From IMG/VR virus record IMGVR_UViG_3300020526_000001: a stretch of 64,000 nt of DNA; one strand, written 5' to 3'. Below the pieces are notes generated by a model. The model searched no databases and had not been told where the DNA came from. It saw only the letters and a list, made by a program, of their open reading frames with translations. Positions 59,888-64,000 of the stretch are shown here, one piece after another. Every line of letters starts with the position of its first letter. Position 1 is the stretch's first letter. Origin of the DNA: an uncultured virus (IMG/VR IMGVR_UViG_3300020526_000001). Its lineage: Duplodnaviria; Heunggongvirae; Uroviricota; Caudoviricetes. The position numbers and the translations under genes are program-made.

Positions 59888-61052
59888 AGTTAATTCCGAT
59901 AAAACTACAGAAATTTCTGGTATGACTGTTTTTAACACAAACAAGACGGATATAAAAAAGCAACCAATGTTTTTTGGATCTCCTTTAGGAGTGCAAAGGT
60001 ATGATACTTATAAGTATCCTATTTTCGATAAACTGACTACTCAACAATTGGGATATTTCTGGAGACCTGAGGAGGTCTCCCTCCAAAAAGATAGAGCAGA
60101 TTATCAAACTCTTAGACCAGAACAAAAACATATCTTCACTTCTAATCTTAAATATCAAATTCTTCTTGATAGTGTACAAGGTCGTGGTCCTGGTATGGCA
60201 TTTATGCCATATTGTTCTCTTCCTGAATTGGAAGCTTGTATGAACGTTTGGGAATTTATGGAGATGATTCATAGTCGATCATACACTTACATTATCAAAA
60301 ATGTATATTCTGATCCAACTGAAGTATTTGATTCAATTATTACTGATGAAAGAATTTTAGAAAGAGCAGCATCAGTTACAGGTGCATATGATGATTTTAT
60401 TAATACTGCTCAGGTTTATGGATCTTCAAATGCTTGGAGGTTTGCACAAGAAGGTGCTGGATCTTCCAGAGATGATCGTATTGAATTAAAAAGAAAACTT
60501 TATCGTGCAGTTGCCAATGTCAATATTCTCGAAGGTATCAGATTCTATGTTTCGTTCGCTTGCTCGTTTGCATTTGGTGAACTCAAACTTATGGAAGGAT
60601 CCGCTAAAATTATCTCTCTCATCGCAAGAGACGAAAACCAACATCTTGTCATTACTCAAAACATCCTCAACAAATGGAATGATGGGGATGATCCAGAAAT
60701 GCAGCAAATTGCTAAAGAAGAAGAAGAATGGGTGAAAAAAGCATTTGAGAATTGTGTGAATGAGGAAAAACGTTGGGCAGAATATCTTTTTAAAGATGGC
60801 TCAATGATTGGTCTTAATGACAAACTTCTTCATCAATACGTTGAGTGGATTGCAAATCGAAGGATGAAAGCAATTGGACTAAAACCGATGTATGATATTC
60901 CTGCAAAGAATAATCCACTTCCTTGGACCGAGCATTGGATTTCTTCTAAAGGTCTCCAGGTTGCTCCACAAGAAACCGAAGTTGAAAGTTATGTTGTTGG
61001 TGGTATTAAGCAAGATTTGAAAAAAGATACCTTTGCTGGGTTCCAACTTTGA
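59868..61052 (+). CDS. nrdB: Ribonucleotide reductase class Ia beta subunit
   Basis: FWRPEEV, E.IHSRSY, LEGIRFY, RDE..H, VAPQETE. Confidence 0.97.
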   Translation: MNPVKFRVNSDKTTEISGMTVFNTNKTDIKKQPMFFGSPLGVQRYDTYKYPIFDKLTTQQLGYFWRPEEVSLQKDRADYQTLRPEQKHIFTSNLKYQILLDSVQGRGPGMAFMPYCSLPELEACMNVWEFMEMIHSRSYTYIIKNVYSDPTEVFDSIITDERILERAASVTGAYDDFINTAQVYGSSNAWRFAQEGAGSSRDDRIELKRKLYRAVANVNILEGIRFYVSFACSFAFGELKLMEGSAKIISLIARDENQHLVITQNILNKWNDGDDPEMQQIAKEEEEWVKKAFENCVNEEKRWAEYLFKDGSMIGLNDKLLHQYVEWIANRRMKAIGLKPMYDIPAKNNPLPWTEHWISSKGLQVAPQETEVESYVVGGIKQDLKKDTFAGFQL

Positions 61053-61058
61053 TTTATC

Positions 61059-61088
61059 GGGGGCAACTGCCCCCTTTTTTTATAAATA
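61059..61088 (+). terminator. Terminator after nrdB abutting late promoter TATAAATA (61081-61088)
   Basis: GGGGGC-AACT-GCCCCC followed by a T run. Confidence 0.85.
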
Positions 61089-61110
61089 ACTAAAAAACTA
61101 GAGTATAAAA

Positions 61111-62640
61111 ATGTCCAGCATTAACGAAGAAATGAGTTCTGACCAGAAAAAAAGAGCAAAGAAGATGATGGGGCAACTTACTCAAAATCCTATTACAAAA
61201 TCTAGTGGTGCTGGTGCATTATCCCCAGAAGCAGCAGAAGAGTTGGGGGATAAAGCAAAAGAATTGAGAAAGAAAAAATTAGCAAAAGTTGGACTACCTA
61301 GTATTAATAAAAATCCATTTAGCAAAGAAATGAAGGAAGAGATGATTTCCGAAAGAGAAATGACTACTGGAGAAATGAAAAAAGAGAAGAAACTAAAGAA
61401 AAAGTATGATACTTCAGCAATGAAGAAAAGTATGATTGATCAATACGGCAAAGAAAGAGGAACTCAAATTTATTTTGCCACCATTCGTAAGCAAGCAATG
61501 GCAAATTCATTTGAACCAGAAGGTGAGCAACTTGATGAACTTGCACCACTTGCTGCTGGAGCACTCGCAGCAGGTGCTGCTGGACTTGGTGCAATGGCAA
61601 TCAATAGAGCAAGGCAGGCAGCAAAGTCTGGAGTAGATGCTGCTAAATCTGGAGCAAAAGTAAAACCATCTACTGGAATTGCTGGTGCGGCATATGGAAT
61701 GCAAAAAAGAAATCAAGCACTTAATTCGGCAATGCAACAACTGCGTCAGGCATTTGATTATGATGATGCCTATGATTATATTATTGAAATGCTAGTTGCT
61801 GCTGATTTTGCAGAAGATTATGAAGCAGCAGAAGTAATGTTTGAGCACATTAGTGATGAGTTTACCTCTGTTATTCTTGAGGAGTATATTGAAGAGAAGG
61901 CAAGAGGAACTAGAAAGAAAACAACAGTTCACGCATATGATGTTGACGAAACTCTCTTTGGACACGGTAAGAAGGGCAAACCAAACGTTCAGGTTCACGT
62001 CAAGGATACGTCTGGAAAAAGAGTTAAGAGTCTAAGCAACCAGGAGTTCAATACTCATAAGTTGGATAAGGGACATTCTTATGACTTCAGTGAGTTCCAA
62101 AGTGCGAAGAAATTTTCTCAAACTGCTAGTCCAAACAAGAAAGTAATTAAGGATATCAAGAGAAAGCAAGCAAGAGGACAAAACGTTCATCTTATTACTG
62201 CTCGTTCTAAGTTTGACAATCCAAGTGAATTCCAAGGACACCTCAAGAAGCACGGTGTTGACGTAGATAAGAAGAACATTCACTACACTGGTGGAATGAA
62301 GGGTGGTGATATTGGTAAGAAAAAAGTTGATGTTGCGAATGCAGTAGCAAAACAAAGTGGTTCCAAAAAAACTCATATGTATGATGATGCTGCCAAAGTC
62401 CATAAAGCATTTGAGAAGGAAAAGAAAGAGAACCCAACTTCAAAGACAATCAAAACTCATATGGTAGCACCAGACAGTTCTGGAGAATCAAGAGTTCGTT
62501 CTTTCCAAGCAACTAAAGGTGGAACAACTGGTGGTCCAGAAAAGACCACTAAAGAAAAGCAACGCGCTAGAAAGAAAGCAAGAAAGAATATGGGTGAGGA
62601 GATGACTGCTTACGATTACTGGAAGCAGTTCATTGATTGA
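61111..62640 (+). CDS. Modular protein with HAD phosphatase domain, putative head-internal polyprotein
   Basis: YDVDETL, LITARS, KK, YDD; upstream small modules separated by E-rich sites. Confidence 0.6.
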   Translation: MSSINEEMSSDQKKRAKKMMGQLTQNPITKSSGAGALSPEAAEELGDKAKELRKKKLAKVGLPSINKNPFSKEMKEEMISEREMTTGEMKKEKKLKKKYDTSAMKKSMIDQYGKERGTQIYFATIRKQAMANSFEPEGEQLDELAPLAAGALAAGAAGLGAMAINRARQAAKSGVDAAKSGAKVKPSTGIAGAAYGMQKRNQALNSAMQQLRQAFDYDDAYDYIIEMLVAADFAEDYEAAEVMFEHISDEFTSVILEEYIEEKARGTRKKTTVHAYDVDETLFGHGKKGKPNVQVHVKDTSGKRVKSLSNQEFNTHKLDKGHSYDFSEFQSAKKFSQTASPNKKVIKDIKRKQARGQNVHLITARSKFDNPSEFQGHLKKHGVDVDKKNIHYTGGMKGGDIGKKKVDVANAVAKQSGSKKTHMYDDAAKVHKAFEKEKKENPTSKTIKTHMVAPDSSGESRVRSFQATKGGTTGGPEKTTKEKQRARKKARKNMGEEMTAYDYWKQFID

Positions 62641-62642
62641 TA

Positions 62643-63113
62643 ATGAAGTTTAATTTTTCTTTTGGAAAGAAAAGAAGAGGAGTTATAGAATGGGCAAAGA
62701 TTTCTATACTCCTTGAAGGTATTATTGATTTTTTATCAAACAAATTTAGTATTGATAAGAAGAAACTTTGGGATATTGTAGATGAAATCCAAAGAGAACT
62801 TCTCAAAAGAGGTTGGATTGATGATACTGTAAATGATTATGTCATCAATACTCCAGAATTATTAGACCAAAGAGTTGAAAGAGATGTAGATAAAGCAATA
62901 GAAGAATACAAAAAACTGGAAGAAGAACCAGTTAATATGAAGAATGAAGTGATATTAAAAGAGATTGAAAAACCAAAATATACAGAGACCCAAAAGAAGA
63001 TTGTAAAGGATGCTGTATATTATGAAAAACCTTCAGATGGCAGTAAAGCACAAGACCTTTTGGGTGGAGAGATTGGTATAAGAAGTGTTTGGGTAAATGA
63101 TGAGGATAAATAA
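62643..63113 (+). CDS. Hypothetical protein
   Basis: Open ORF continuing the late operon. Confidence 0.55.
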   Translation: MKFNFSFGKKRRGVIEWAKISILLEGIIDFLSNKFSIDKKKLWDIVDEIQRELLKRGWIDDTVNDYVINTPELLDQRVERDVDKAIEEYKKLEEEPVNMKNEVILKEIEKPKYTETQKKIVKDAVYYEKPSDGSKAQDLLGGEIGIRSVWVNDEDK

Positions 63114-63159
63114 AGGATAAATAATATTAAGAAAAGTACTTTTCAATACCCAAAGAAAG

Positions 63160-64000
63160 ATGAATAAAAAAGACTTGGATGCTTTGGCAGGTTTATATGA
63201 AGGTGTTTATATGGATGAAGCTGGAATGAATATGTTCTCAACTCCAGCTATGCAGGCAGCTCAAAGAAATAGAAATACTTCCCAAGCTGCAAATTTTTTC
63301 ACTAATCGTTCGTCAAATCCAGCAAAACCTGCATTTGATAGAGCTATAAGTCAAGCAAAATCTAATCAAGATTGGAAATCTGCAAGAGAAACATCTGCTT
63401 CAAATACAGCAGGAGCTGAAAGAATTTTTAAGTTAAAACCAGGATCTTTAAGTCAATCTTCGACAAAACCTACAAAGCCTGCAACAACTACTTCGACAGC
63501 AAATCCAGCAGGAACTTCTTCTGCATCAAAACCTGGAACCCCTGGTTCTGGGTCAAAAGTTGTTCCTTCAGCAAAACCAGCAACTTCAGCAAAACCAGCA
63601 GGGTCAGCAATGGACCAGTGGGCTGCTGCAAATCCAAAACTTGCTGCAGCAAAAGCAGAAAGAGATAGAACAAGAGGAACTAGTGCAACTACAAATCCTC
63701 TAATGAAGGATTTTAAAGATAGACTTCCTGCACCAAAATCACCTTCACCAACAACATCAACAACAGCATTCGCAAAATCAACACCAGCATTGGCATCATC
63801 AACACCTGCTGTGCAATCTGCTGGAACTGCAGCAGCTGCTAAACCAACTACAAATCAAACTGCAACTGCATTTTCAAGTCCATCTTTAAGACCAACACCA
63901 TCAACTACTCCAATCAGAAAACCAGGAGCAGTTATGGCATCTTTTGAGTGGGGTTCAAAGGCAACTCTTAAGGATGTTGCAAGTCTTTATAGTTCAATCT
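63160..64000 (+). CDS. Low-complexity A/S/T/P-rich protein, 3' truncated (missing from ORF track)
   Basis: MNKKDLDALAGLYEGVYMDE... stays open to the window end; preceded by tandem GATAAATA at 63105 and 63116. Confidence 0.7.
   Translation, partial: MNKKDLDALAGLYEGVYMDEAGMNMFSTPAMQAAQRNRNTSQAANFFTNRSSNPAKPAFDRAISQAKSNQDWKSARETSASNTAGAERIFKLKPGSLSQSSTKPTKPATTTSTANPAGTSSASKPGTPGSGSKVVPSAKPATSAKPAGSAMDQWAAANPKLAAAKAERDRTRGTSATTNPLMKDFKDRLPAPKSPSPTTSTTAFAKSTPALASSTPAVQSAGTAAAAKPTTNQTATAFSSPSLRPTPSTTPIRKPGAVMASFEWGSKATLKDVASLYSSI

Noticed and set aside
57587..61052. Inteins or introns in nrdA/nrdB (also checked g43, g17, g20)
   Set aside because: The ORFs are continuous and of ordinary length, with no intein motifs seen.
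63565..63610. 18-bp tandem repeat TCAGCAAAACCAGCA
   Set aside because: It encodes SAKPA repeats in a low-complexity protein; there are no spacers, so it is not CRISPR-like.

Overview
This AT-rich window is part of a T4-like myovirus genome. Gene order, hsp20, mazG and conserved small ORFs point to a cyanophage, but no photosynthesis gene is present to prove the host. From left to right it holds: the 3' end of a large tail-fibre-like gene with accessory proteins; a sugar-modification island (two sulfotransferases, an Asp/Asn-hydroxylase-like protein, a GT9-like glycosyltransferase, a carbamoyltransferase and an apparently complete ADP-heptose pathway); the neck, terminase, tail and head module (g13-g23, g3); and the replication module (uvsY, uvsW, g55, g47, g46, g45, g44, g62, regA, hsp20, g43, uvsX, g41, mazG, g61, nrdA, nrdB). 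Four features stand out. (1) The g41 helicase is fractured by a gp41-1-type split intein whose halves flank a GIY-YIG endonuclease and a second passenger gene. (2) A dispersed family of late proteins carries T4 capsid-targeting-like N-termini and shared, shuffled modules separated by (I/L/V/M)xE sites, which suggests polyproteins cut by the prohead protease and delivered in the capsid. (3) The phage heptose pathway appears to use non-canonical isomerase and phosphatase candidates and sits beside structural proteins rich in a G-I-x-T motif. (4) Several compact regulatory devices are visible: late promoters in the loops of start-occluding hairpins, sigma70 promoters inside terminators, and a near-consensus antisense promoter upstream of g55. 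All calls come from reading motifs by eye; no searches were run.
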